Assembly (NCBI GenBank): GCA_977017575.1
Contig: CDRNVI010000071.1
Location: 248,001-312,000 of the forward strand
Reading direction: 5' to 3'
Length of the DNA: 64,000 bases
From: Paramoeba atlantica
Taxonomy: Eukaryota; Protista; Discosea
In this document: in pieces, positions 10,031 through 20,576 of the stretch
Numbering within the stretch: position 1 is the first letter of the stretch
Layout of the letters: every line of letters begins with the position of its first letter
Program-made: the position numbers and the translations under genes
The notes under the pieces: model-generated
The model's input: only the letters and a program-made list of their open reading frames with translations
What the model was told of the DNA's origin: nothing
Database searches by the model: none

Positions 10031-10650
10031 CTACTCCCCTGAGGCCACTCTCAGCATCTGAGCGTTGCCGCGTTGGATGGCGACGCCAGTGGCCATAATC
10101 ATGTGCTCTGTAGAGCCTTTTGGGTTGGAAGTTTGCCGGCCCAAGTTCCGCAAAAGGGAATGTGTCGCGTTCCCCGGGATTCCGAAGACCGTGAAGGCTA
10201 GCGGGTAGAGGACCACCCCTCTCTCGTTTGCCATCTCTCCATTTTTTTTAAGCTTCTCGGCTTCCGCTTTGGCGAGTGTGCAGCCTGGATTTTTGTTTTC
10301 GGCCTCCACATACGATGCGGCCAGGGGATTCACCACGGTAACGTCGATAAGAACGAGCTGACGTAGGAGGTAGCTGATTTGGTAGGTAGGAGGTAGCGGA
10401 GTCGGAGGGCAGTCTGTCATTCCGGTTCGGACATCATGTATTCTTTTTTTTTTTTTAACAATAATAATAAAAAGAAGCAATTTATGCCCAATTCAATCGC
10501 GCGTTCCGGACCGGGTCTTTCGACCACTCCTCGGCCTGACTTGTAAGTCTTTTTTTTTTTTTTGCGGTGTATTCCGATCGATTGGGAAGTGCTTGGAGCC
10601 AGTACCGGGAGTAGATGTTGTTGACTTGCAACAGACCCTTTTTGCAAAGC
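10031..10650 (-). pseudogene. Decayed 3' part of a CRE/SLACS-like non-LTR retrotransposon (restriction-like endonuclease region)
   Basis: Frame-disrupted pieces SRYWLQALPNRSEYT / MSEPE*QTALRLRYLLP / LIDVTVVNPLAASY...AEAEKLKK...LYPLAFTVFG...AIQRGNAQM match the C-terminal motifs of CRE-clade elements. Confidence 0.75.
10444..10567 (-). mobile_element. Poly(A)-tailed insertion with 7-bp target-site duplication inside the CRE relic
   Basis: TGTATTC occurs at 10437-10443 and 10568-10574. On the minus strand the insert ends in an A-run. Confidence 0.65.
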
Positions 10651-10654
10651 AAAG

Positions 10655-10750
10655 TTATTAGTAATAACTTGGACTAGTAAACCTAGCTTGGACTAGTAAA
10701 CTAGTAATTACTAAAAGTAGTAAACAAGCTAGTAATTACTAAAGTTACTA
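10655..10750. repeat. CTAGTAA/GTAATTAC short-motif array
   Basis: Repeated CTTGGACTAGTAAA and CTAGTAATTACTAAA units. Confidence 0.6.
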
Positions 10751-11262
10751 CTTTTTTGGTCACGTACTTTTGGTCAGATTTAGGTAACATGTTAAGCTTT
10801 GGAAGAGCTCTACTTTACAGAAACGGTATCTTTATCGTTGTGGAGAATGAATATCACCATCCTCCATTCATCTGAATATCTCAATACTATTCTCAACATT
10901 AATATCTAAATATTAATGTGTACTACAAAACATACTCCAAAACGTACGCTCGGATAAATAAACTGATAACAATTTTTAAACTTAGTCATTCTGTTCACGT
11001 GGGGGAAAACAAAGCGATTGAATAAAGCCCACGAAAAAAATTCACATGAAAACAGAAGCAAAACTCGTAAGCACAATCGAACACATAATTTAATTTTCTC
11101 CAGCTCCGAAAATGACATGCTCGCCCAAGTTCAAAGTCCGTCCTGCATATCTCGCACAATGATGCAAAAAGAAAAAATGATGATAATTCAAAATCGAGGG
11201 TTCGCCCAAGTTCGAAATCCTTCGTACAGTTCACGCACAATAGAGTAATGCAAATAAGAGTT

Positions 11263-11853
11263 CTACAAAACCCGTAAATTACTTCGAAGAAACATCTGCG
11301 TTGACACAACGTCAGTACCAATAGAAGCTTGGCGAGCTGAGTACTTGTGACCTAATATGGAGAGTATAGAGTCACAGGCCGTCACCAAAGGCGGAACAAA
11401 GAGATAACCCATGGCAGCTTCATATATCGTCGGAAAGAGTTCTCGACCGACCATATCCCACCATGCTTCATCACTAGTTCCTGCGGCATACTGGAAATCT
11501 TGACAGGAAATAAACGAATGCCATGCAGCTGGGCTGATCGAAAACATCGGATACCCGCTTTGAAACAAGTCATTCGCTCGATCGGCGGAAATCGGAGCCT
11601 TACCGCTAGGACGAGCAACAAGGGTAATCCATTCGGGAGAAAACCACATAACATTCCCCCAAAACTTCATGAAATGGGTGTCGGATAGCCTAGCAACATG
11701 ACGGGCAATAGACCTGGTCAGCTTTGATGGTGCACTGGGCTCAGCAGAGTAGTCAAGCAGTCGCACACACATCGGATATACTAGAGTTGCCATTGCTCGG
11801 TCACACATGTCAGACAACTGACTGAGTGCTTTATGCAGCACAATGCAGTACAA
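11263..11853 (-). mobile_element. hAT-family transposase C-terminal fragment (dimerisation domain)
   Basis: AWWDMVGRELFPTIYEAAMGYLFVPPLVTACDSILSILGHKYSARQASI follows the hAT pattern WW...FP.L...A..YL.IP.TS...ER.FS..G...S.RR. The first ATG is at 11808, and a dispersed repeat abuts the upstream side. Confidence 0.6.
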
Positions 11854-11855
11854 TA

Positions 11856-12245
11856 GGGGAAACGATTTTGGAAAATATTTTTTTTGCCATTTTTTTCGCC
11901 AAGTTGAATTTTCTTTCGAAAAAATCCGGACTTGGCGGACCCGTCCTGCGGATACGAGGCGGGGTCACCCCCGGGTAGGGGGGTGGAAAATGCGCGCCAA
12001 GACCCCGGCTACCCCTTCTGCGGGTTTGTTTCGAAAAAATAAATTTCAAAAAAATTTCGTGCGGTATGCTCCCCCCCTAGACCCCCCATTTTTTTCAATT
12101 ATTTCAATTTTGGACCACCGGAGCCCCCTTTTATAATTTTTTCTTCTATTATATTACTGTGTTCCTCTTTATATTTTCACTGTTTTTGTTCACTTTTTTT
12201 CATTAATCGAGGGTAGAGCGGTAGTTTTACAACCACCGTAATTAT
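11856..12245 (+). repeat. Dispersed repeat family A, copy 1 (uninterrupted)
   Basis: GACTTGGCGGACCCGTCCTGCGGATACG...GGGGTCACCCCCGGG...AAGACCCCGGCTACCCCTTCTG core is shared with about 39870-41600 and about 42375-42700. Confidence 0.85.
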
Positions 12246-12897
12246 ACCTCCTAGGTATAATAACCTGGACGGTGGTTTATACTGAAAGTTCTTAACCAAT
12301 ATTGAATATTGGTTAAATAAATAATGAGAATATTATTCTCATTTTATTCCTTTGCCCACTAAATGCATTTTACTTATCTTAAGAACCCAATTACAGTGTT
12401 ATATTTAATTACGGTATTATTTAATTACGCTTTTAAGGTTATTTTTGGCTAAAATTAATCATAATTAAATTAACCGTAATATAAGCCACTCGGAAATTAA
12501 TAATTTTTGAACACACTTTTTGAGTAACTTTTAAGCACCCAAGCCATTGGATTCGTCTGTGATCATTTTATAAAGGTTTTCGTATGAAAGTGAGGCCGAT
12601 GGTGATAGACATGAAAGAAAAGTATTTTTTTTCGGGGCTAAAAATAATCTTAATTAAAAATAACCGTAATTAAAAATAGCCGTAATATAATCCACTCGTA
12701 TTTGAATACTTCACTGTAACGTGAAGACTTACTTTCTATATGGACTAACATTTCATTTTGGACTGATGAATGGGAGTTGTCCGCGTCCTCCCGATCGCCA
12801 GTTCCCTATCGCCAAGTTTGATAGACATTGCGACTCAATAGGTCTGCTAAGTTTTCTTTTGCGCTTCGCGTTCCGGTATCACGTGTATATTGTAATA

Positions 12898-13883
12898 AAG
12901 GGGGGGTTCGTCTATTATTAACAAACTTTTTTGTTAATAATAGACGGTTTGTTAATAATACACTGCCGACTAATATTATTGAGTTTTTAATTATTGGCGA
13001 AGCTCTGCAACTTTTAATTAAAAAATCATTAATTTTTGTGCCAGTAATTTTCGTAGAAATTTGTACTTATCGACAAACAATAGAAGTTGTTAGTAGAGGG
13101 GCGGAAAACCCCAAAATTAGGTCAAAAGGGTTTTTTTTCTCCCAAAAAGATTCAAGAATTTTTACGGGGAAGAAAGTTGCTTTTTACCAAAAAATTACTA
13201 TCCTTAGGAAGTACAATAGGTGTCCCTAGGTATAGCCCGGACGGTGGTTTGCATCTCTCTAATCTTGTCAAATGCGTTGCGAAGGGAAGGTTATTAAGAG
13301 GTCATTAAGTGAGGGGATGCGGGTGTGATCTCGCATGATCTCACGACCGGGTGCTGACATAAAGCCAATCTCGCTCCTCCTGCGTCAAATCCTCTCATAA
13401 AATTTGAATTTTTGTGTAACATCTATGGCACTCTTCTCTAATATCTTGGTTGCCAAGATCAGACCTCATGAGAAATTCAAAAATTGACCAAAAAGATAAA
13501 AAAAATGTTTCTCGCCAAAAATTGACAACTTTTAATTAAAAAAACAATAATTTTTGTGCCATGAATTTTAGCGATAATAATTTTGGGCTTGGGTGTAGAT
13601 GAAATAATACCCCCTTTTTCAATAATAGATGAACTTTTCATCTATTATTAACAATCGACCTTTTCGGCTTATTTTCGGCTTGTTTCCTACCCTTGCCCCC
13701 AAGAATAACCCCACTTTTACGAAAAAAAGCTCCATGAAAGTTAGGTTTAGCGGATTTTCCTTTAGGGAAGCTGAGAAAAATGAAGAAAATTAATTCTTGT
13801 TAATAATAGATGAATGTTAATAATAGATGAAATAATACCATTTTTAATAATAGATGGTTGTTAATAATAGACGAACCCCCCTT
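12898..13883. mobile_element. TA-flanked MITE with TTAATAATAGA subterminal repeats
   Basis: TA|AAGGGGGGGTTCGTCTATTATTAAC ... GTTAATAATAGACGAACCCCCCTT|TA; several TTAATAATAGA(C/T) copies lie near both ends. Confidence 0.8.
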
Positions 13884-13894
13884 TAGGCAAAATC

Positions 13895-14135
13895 GTTTAA
13901 TATTCTTGCAAGCACTTCGGATATATGCGCTGATTCAGACCACTGTTTTCTAATCGCGTATTCGACGCTGGTATTATCTATCATAAGTCGGATGATGCTT
14001 CATGTTCGCCAAAAGGTTGAAAAGGATGAAATCGCGCGTTCCACCTCCAGGGTCTCCGCTTTGTTAATCTCGATCTCTGTCTCCCACTGGGCTCCGGTAG
14101 CGTAAACCTACCGCGCGTTCGAATCATCCGCAAAA
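13895..14135 (-). pseudogene. RNase H relic of a DIRS-type (TATE/VIPER-like) retroelement
   Basis: Manual translation with two in-frame stops: VYATGAQWETEIEINKAETLEVERAISSFSTFWRT*SIIRLMIDNTSVEYAIRKQWSESAHISEVLARIL. This matches the DIRS RNase H pattern W...IN..E...V..A...F...I.L..DNT.V...I.K..S.S. Confidence 0.6.
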
Positions 14136-14455
14136 GAAGCGATTAAAAGACACAGGAGAGGAAGATACCAAAGTGTCAACAGGCGAAGAACTCAAGGAAA
14201 GCCGTCAGAAGACTGCGATAACCAACAAGACAACAAAGGTATTGTTAAGTTCACGACCAAATAAGGGCAATAAGAAAGTAAACGTAACAAAAACATGAAA
14301 CGTGACCTCTTTCATGTGCTAACGTGATTTACATAGGGGGTGCAGTTTAGTTCCAATATTTTCTTTGTATCGTTGCAAGATTCAGAATCAAGATGTGAAT
14401 TAACCCGTTTGCTGTCGTGCTCACATCGGTAAATGCTAATTTGAGTATTATAGTG

Positions 14456-14534
14456 TTAAACCCTGTTCCGGGTTAATGTGCCTATAGCTACTTATTGTGC
14501 CGGGGTGGACACAATAACCCGGAACACGGTTTAA
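14456..14534. repeat. About 80-bp hairpin bounded by TTAA
   Basis: TTAAACCCTGTTCCGGGTTAATGTG ... CACAATAACCCGGAACACGGTTTAA. The related motif AAACCACCGTCCGGGTTAT recurs near 12260, 13235 and 14645. Confidence 0.55.
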
Positions 14535-14668
14535 TTTGAATAATGTAGCTCCGTGGGTAGCGAAAAATGTGGTTCCGGTGGATGATAACGCAAAAGTTTG
14601 TCTAAAATCCGGTCCACCATGGCAAGAATTGGCGATTTGAATATTAAACCACCGTCCGGGTTATTATA

Positions 14669-15244
14669 CAGGGGGGATCAGCTAAATCTGGGGGGGGTCT
14701 TAAATTTGTAAAAGCTGGCCAATTTTGGAAAGTAATACTGCATTCGATAACTCTCGAATAGCCCTCTTGGGGAACCTATGACGTTTCCCGTGCTTTTACG
14801 CACATCACTTTTAGATAAAAATTACGTTTCTTCGGGGTGCAAAATTTGTATTTTTTCACATTTTTTTACTTTTTTGCCTGTTTTTTCCCATTTTTGGAGC
14901 ATTCATACCACAAAGACTGGTGCACTCACATTCTTCTCGAAGGAAATTCTCGGAGAGCCGTTTCTTACCCTCAGATAAAACAAAACTAACGCATATAATG
15001 TTGTTCGTTCAAGATTTGTCATTTCACCTTTTTGCAATTTTCTAGAAAAAATTGCAATTGACTTTTTTGAACCACCTGTCATTTTACAAAAATGTTATCT
15101 ATGCGGGAAACGACATAGATTCCACAAGACTTGTAGATTCCACAAGAGGGCTATTCGAGAGCTCTCGAATGCGCTATTATTTTCCAAAATTGACCACTTT
15201 TTACAAATTTTAGACCCCCCCCCAGATTTAGCTGATCCCCCCTG
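14669..15244. mobile_element. TA-flanked MITE with about 100-bp TIRs (CAGGGGGG end)
   Basis: TA|CAGGGGGGATCAGCTAAATCTGGGGGGGG ... CCCCCCCCAGATTTAGCTGATCCCCCCTG|TA. A second, diverged right end lies at about 15680-15782. Confidence 0.85.
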
Positions 15245-15829
15245 TACATTGGAAGGCGTGCGCGAGCGGAGGGGACTTCGTTTTCTGGGGCTTCAGGGGT
15301 AAAAGAATATGAAATGCCACAAATATTAAAAGTTTCGTGGTTATCATACCCTAACTGATCAAATCTCTTGACTATGTCAACCTGATTTCCTGGTGAGTTT
15401 CCCTCATCCAATGGAACATTGAAAATTACGCGCGGTGAGGGGAAAAGATTGCGTTGCTTCGTAATCGGCAATAAAAAGCATGCGCCAGATTACGTTTACG
15501 TGTCCAGGCGAATATGCTCTTTCAGAGTGTTTATCGGGCGATCGTCCTCGATCCCGTTTTGTGGCACAAATCAGGGGAGAAATCAGAAAAACTGTGAAAA
15601 CTGCAAAGTTTTTTCTATCAAAAAACAAAGTTTTTGATGTGCTTTCAAAAATCCAATTAACGCGGATTCCATGAATGCACGTTCATGAGCCTGTCCGAGA
15701 GCTCTCGAATGCGCTATAACTTTCCAATTTTGGACCGGTTTTACAAATTTTAGACCCCCGCACATCCAAATTTACACCCCTGTAAGTTCTGCACCTGTCT
15801 CTGATGCAGTAGGGGGGGGGGGCACAATT

Positions 15830-16262
15830 TTAGGCTCTTCGTTATACACGGTGGTTGTTTTCAACTTAGAAGTCACTCATGCTGCGCTCTTCGCGTTGAA
15901 AACTACCACCGCGTATACCGAAGAGCCTAAAAAAGAAAAATTGACCTGGAAAGCTGAAGAAAACGGAAAGATTATAGACAAGAATATAGCTAAAAAAATA
16001 GCCTATTTTCGGGTAAAAATGGGGTGATTTGTGCGTATTGAAATGGGGTCAATTTTGGGTATTTTTGCTCTCGGGGCACTAAATCCGACATTTGCGCGTG
16101 GGAAATCACTCGTAGGCATGAATGAAGGCTTTCGGAACGTAATGGGTAGAGAATACGACTCCAACCACACCATTCTTTCGACACAAAAAGGCCCCTTGGG
16201 GTCCGAAAAATACCTTTTCACCTTTTTTGGCCAAAAACGGGTCATTTTGGGAGGCATTGCAC
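15830..16262 (+). repeat. Dispersed repeat family B, copy with terminal 100-bp hairpin
   Basis: The hairpin TAGGCTCTTCG...GGTGGTTGTTTTCAAC / GTTGAAAACTACCACC...CGAAGAGCCTA and the body match 19788-20232 (inverted) and 39056-39490. Confidence 0.85.
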
Positions 16263-16359
16263 GGCCTTTCTAAGCCAAAAAAGGGGCGTAATAACCGATC
16301 ATCCCATATTCGCCAGGGGGGCTCAACCTGTACAAACGTCCTAACACAGACCTGCTCTG

Positions 16360-16414
16360 TTCGGCGTAACTTTGTGCTGTTCGCGGCCAGTCGTGTCAAG
16401 GCACGATGAAACAT
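16360..16414 (-). pseudogene. 5' fragment of a third KAP-like paralogue
   Basis: MFHRALTRLAANSTKLRR is nearly identical to the starts at 17465 and 18869, and the upstream flank matches 17466-17530. The sequence then runs into unrelated repeat DNA. Confidence 0.75.
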
Positions 16415-16964
16415 TTGTTATAGAGATAAGAAACAGGTTAGATAAATTATTTTGAAGTGAGATATGAAATTTCAGAGAAATAGTACGACAGCATTGTACA
16501 CCACATTGTTGCATTCTTTGAGTTTCAAATCAAGTTTGACTTGCTTAGCGTAAAAGTAACAAATAAAATTCAACTCTACCAAACGCAATGATGAAAAAAG
16601 TAATAACTATATAAAGCAATGAAGATAAAGAAATTAGTCTAAGCGTTGGGCCTCTTTCTGTATGGTAGTGTACGAATACCAGAACTATTATCACTAAAAA
16701 GTAGACATTGTTGCTCGAACATGTGAGACTGGACAATTCTTAGAGTCTTTGTTTGAGTACAGTATAAGTATCTTTTGCTTTGAGTGAACATAAAACGAAT
16801 CTATGTGGTGTTACATACGATTTCATTAAGTGCATTGTATTTTCCTGTGATTAATTCATGACAAACATTTCAATCATCCATGTACATCTAAAAGGTTGCT
16901 GCTGTACGTTTCTCTGTAAACAAGATAAAATTTTATTTTACGATAAAGATTATTACTTGGAAAT

Positions 16965-17465
16965 CTACTTTTGCTTACGTACTAACTTTTCAATGAACGC
17001 TTTGCCTTGTTTGCGACGCTTCGCTGCTTCCAACTCTAAAGACTTTTTGGCGCTTGATGACAGGTTCTTATATTTTGCAGAAACCTGCTTTGATACTGCA
17101 CGAAATAGCTTCTTTCGATTCTTGAAATTTGGGCGTTCTGCTGCGTAAATTACTCCCATATGCTTCTTCACAAACAAACCGTAGGATGTGGTGCGTGCAT
17201 TTTTCACCTTCAATTTCAAAGACTTCTTCTCTTTTGCATTCTTGGCAGCAATCTTTCCGAATGATTTTACCTGAGCCCGACTTAACTTCTTGAACGCAGC
17301 ATGCGCAGCCTTCAGCTTAGTTCCCTTCTTTCCTTTAAGGAACTTCGACATAAAGACACTCCTGGGAGTAGCAGGCAAGGAGCGTGTACCCCATGGTTTC
17401 TTGACGAGTTTTCGGCGTAACTTTGCGCTGTTCGCGGCCAATCGTGTCAAAGCACGGTGAAACAT
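16965..17465 (-). CDS. Kinetoplast-associated protein (KAP3/KAP4-like), basic, two degenerate HMG-box-like repeats
   Basis: Short presequence-like MFHRALTRL; Lys/Ala-rich; PATPRSVFM...FKKLS and RTTSYGLFVK...YKNLSSSAKKSLE. Confidence 0.75.
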   Translation of the reverse strand: MFHRALTRLAANSAKLRRKLVKKPWGTRSLPATPRSVFMSKFLKGKKGTKLKAAHAAFKKLSRAQVKSFGKIAAKNAKEKKSLKLKVKNARTTSYGLFVKKHMGVIYAAERPNFKNRKKLFRAVSKQVSAKYKNLSSSAKKSLELEAAKRRKQGKAFIEKLVRKQK

Positions 17466-17786
17466 TTGTTATAGAGATAAGAAACAGGTTAGATAAATTA
17501 TTTTGAAGTGAGATATGAAATTTCAGAGAAATATCATATCACATCGTACTTGCTTAGCGTAAAAGTAACAAAAAAAATTCAACTCTACCAAACGCAATGA
17601 TGAGAAAAGTGATAACTATGTAAAGCAATGAGGATAGAGAAATTAGTCTAAGCGTTGGGCCTCTTTCTGTATGGCAGCGTACTAATACCAGAACTATTAT
17701 CACTAAAAAGTAGACAATGTTGCTCGAACATGTGAGACTGGACAATTCTTAGAGTCTTTGTTTGAGTATAGTATAAGTATAAAACA

Positions 17787-18198
17787 GTTCGGTGAAAGGG
17801 GACTTTTTTCCCCCGAAAAAAACTTGAAATTTTTTCATTGTGGTTTCTCAAACAAAATTTCAGTATTATCCAAGTGAGTGATTAAGCATCATATTTTTTG
17901 CTACTTACACGACTCCGCTCTATCTTTTTTCTTTGCACAGGCTGTAAAATGTATGACAGTATCATTTTTTGTAGTTGGGAACCTTGGATGACGTGATGAC
18001 AGAAGCCTGTACCGTACGATGTGAATTGAGGAGTTCTTGTAATCCGCTGTTTAAGGAATTTGAAATTATTGTCCAGGCTCAGAACCAGAACCAAGATAGA
18101 GCTCATAAGTTTTCTTGTTTGGTGTATTTTATTAAGGGAAGTACATGTACGAAGTTAAAAGAGTTTTTTTTGGGGGAAAAAAGTCCCTTTTGACCAAC
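17787..18198. mobile_element. TIR element inserted in one copy of the KAP duplication
   Basis: GTTCGGTGAAAGGGGACTTTTTT ... AAAAAAGTCCCTTTTGACCAAC; absent from the paralogous spacer at about 16770-16800. Confidence 0.7.
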
Positions 18199-18365
18199 AA
18201 TTCTATATGATGTTGCATACAATTTCATTAAGTGCATTGTATTTTCCTTTGACGAATTCATGACAAACATTTCAATCATCCAGGCACATCTAAAAGGTTG
18301 CTGCTGTATTTTTGCATGTAAAAAAAGTTAACGTTCATGTAATAAAAAATTGGTCATTCAGAAGT

Positions 18366-18869
18366 CTACTTTTTTTTACGCATTAACTGTTCAATGAACG
18401 CTTTGCCTTGTTTGCGACGCTTCGCTGCTTCCAACTCTAAAGACTTTTTGGCTCTTGATGACAGGTTCTTATATTTTCTCAAAACCTGTTTTAATACTGC
18501 ACGAAATAGCTTCTTTCGACTCTTGAAGTTTGGGCGTTCTGCTGCGTAAATAACTGCCATATGCTTCTTCACAAACAAAGCGTACGGTGTACTGCGTGCA
18601 TTTTTCACCTTCACTTTCAAAGACTTCTTCTCTTTTGCATTCTTTGCAGCAATCTTTCCGAATGATTTTACCCGAGCCGGGCTCATCTTTTCAAATGCAG
18701 AATGCGCAGCCTTCAGCTTAGGAGTTCCCTTCTTTCCTTTAAGGAACTTCGACATAAAGACACTCCTGGGAGTAGCAGGCAAGGTGCGTGTACCCCATGG
18801 TTTCTTGACGAGTTTTCTGCGTAACTTTGCGCTGTTCGCGGCCAGTCGCGTCAAAGCACGGTGAAACAT
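18366..18869 (-). CDS. Kinetoplast-associated protein paralogue (KAP3/KAP4-like)
   Basis: Close paralogue of 16965..17465 with scattered substitutions and one extra residue. Confidence 0.75.
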   Translation of the reverse strand: MFHRALTRLAANSAKLRRKLVKKPWGTRTLPATPRSVFMSKFLKGKKGTPKLKAAHSAFEKMSPARVKSFGKIAAKNAKEKKSLKVKVKNARSTPYALFVKKHMAVIYAAERPNFKSRKKLFRAVLKQVLRKYKNLSSRAKKSLELEAAKRRKQGKAFIEQLMRKKK

Positions 18870-19466
18870 GTTTGTTTTAGTAAAAGAAGAAAGTGGAAAC
18901 AGCTTACAGAAGGTGGATTAGATACACTATTTGAAAAAAATCGTGTAACTATAGAGAGGGGTGAAACCTGCAGAAACGTGAGTTGGGCAGGAAAAAATAC
19001 TTACAAGTAGTCAAATTTGAGATTTAGGTTAAAAGGACCCAGACGTGCGCATTTTTCACATTTTTTTAAACTTCACCATTTTATAAAACATTTCACTCTA
19101 AACTAACTTGTACACGTCTACAGTACATTTGCACGTCCAGCAAGAGTCTACGTAGAGGATATAAACGCCTGGCCAAAATAAGGCACCCCCCTCCAAAGTT
19201 TCAATACTTCGCTTGTTTGAGCTAATTTTTGTAGCATTTTATAGATCTCAATACAAAGATTTTGCGCGTTAAGAAACGGAACAAAAAATCCAAAGTGCAT
19301 ACATTTGAAAGTCTGATTACTACATTTTCACCCTGTTAAAATTTTCAAAAAAAATTACTCCTTTTTAACGAAAAAGTCTTCCCCCCTCTGAGAAATTCAA
19401 CTTTTTTCATGTTTTTTTGCTCATTTTTGTTGCAAACGAGAGATCTCGTTTCCCTCACGAAGATGA

Positions 19467-19712
19467 TTGCTGCCCTTTTTTCACGAGCGCAGACTAGACA
19501 ATCCTGATAGCTACTACATCGCATTCGAAATTGGAGCACGAGGACTCCCTAACAGCTCCTGTCGCTACCTCGACGCGATATTCCAAGGGGATCGAAAACG
19601 AGCAAAACCATGCAGGGAAAGCATGAGTTTGATGGCCGGTCGGGCCAGCTATATTATCTGGTCTCGAAGGAATGAGATCGAGTGGACTGATGAAAACCGC
19701 TCTGCTTGCTAA
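19467..19712 (+). pseudogene. 3'-terminal fragment of a HERO/NeSL-like REL non-LTR retrotransposon
   Basis: YIAFEIGARGLPNSSCRYLDAIF...MSLMAGRASYIIWSRRNEIEW matches the (P/A)xE(V/I)GxRG...A.xAS.xxW..R...W terminal motif; an A-rich tract follows at about 19770. Confidence 0.6.
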
Positions 19713-19787
19713 AACAAAAGGTTGCTCGTTGTATGCGGGTCATACACCTTTATATCTCTACATTATGTATGAAAAAAACAAACTTCG

Positions 19788-20232
19788 CAAGATATCCCTT
19801 CTTGGAGCCGTAGTGCGACCCTCAAAATGACCCATTTTTGACTAAAAAAGGTGAAAAAGTACAGTATGATGTGAAAAAGTACTGTATTTTTCAGATCCCT
19901 ATGGGCCTTTTTATGTCGAAAGAATGGTGTGGTTGGAGTCGCATTCTATACCCATTACGTTCAGTAGGCTTTACTTCACGCGTACTAGTGATTTCCCACA
20001 CGCAAATATCGGATTTAGTGCTCTGAGAGCAAAAATACGCAAAAATGATCCCATTTTTACCTGAAAATCGGCTATTTTTGGCTATAGTCTTTCCGTTTTC
20101 TTCAGCTTTCCAAGCCAAATTTTCTTTTTTGGGCTCTTCGCTGAACGCGGTGGTTGTTTTCAACGCGAAGCACGCAGCATAAGTGACTTCTAAGTTGAAA
20201 ACAAACACCGCGTTTAACGAAGAGCCTAAAAA
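19788..20232 (-). repeat. Dispersed repeat family B, inverted copy
   Basis: Reverse complement of 15830-16262 and 39056-39470, including the hairpin at about 20127-20230. Confidence 0.85.
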
Positions 20233-20497
20233 AGAATTATTGTTAACATTGAGGGAGATACGGAGTATCTAACTCGCTTACTAAGGTTAATTCCAAAAAC
20301 TGAAAAAGATCGCCAAAAAAACATAAGATCGAGGTTTTTCAAAATTCCAAAACGTAGCAGTAGGTCATTAGATGAACTCTTAAATACTCTAAAAATCATC
20401 TAAAACAACCTTATTTCCCAAATTTTAGAACATTTTTCGTAAAAAAAAGTGCTTGTGCAAAGGTCTGCGATACGACAAACTGGTTGACTAAGGAGCG

Positions 20498-20576
20498 TCC
20501 TTTGAGTAGTCCAGTTGGTAAAGGGGTTCCATTTTGACGCTGGACGTCCGCGGTTCGATTCCCGACATCGACATTT
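20498..20576 (+). ncRNA. tRNA-like pseudogene or SINE head
   Basis: A-box-like TAGTCCAGTTGG, B box GGTTCGATTCCC, ends ATCGACA then TTTT. The acceptor and T stems pair poorly. Confidence 0.45.

Noticed and set aside
12740-12800. NISFWTDEW, resembling the first catalytic Asp motif of Tc1 transposases
   Set aside because: Short, with a stop soon after and no further DDE motifs.
13270-13480. Minus-strand coding-like patch (MRSDLGNQDIREECHRC...)
   Set aside because: Several stops and no recognisable family.
12257-14668. A single 2.4-kb element bounded by inverted ATAACC(T/C)GGACGGTGGTTT motifs
   Set aside because: The same motif forms local hairpins with the opposite polarity and a third copy lies inside, so the boundaries are not defensible.
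14983-15020. AACTAACGC, matching the first bases of the kinetoplastid spliced leader
   Set aside because: Only about 9 nt match; no CAGTTTCTGTAC core or splice donor follows, and the site lies inside a MITE.
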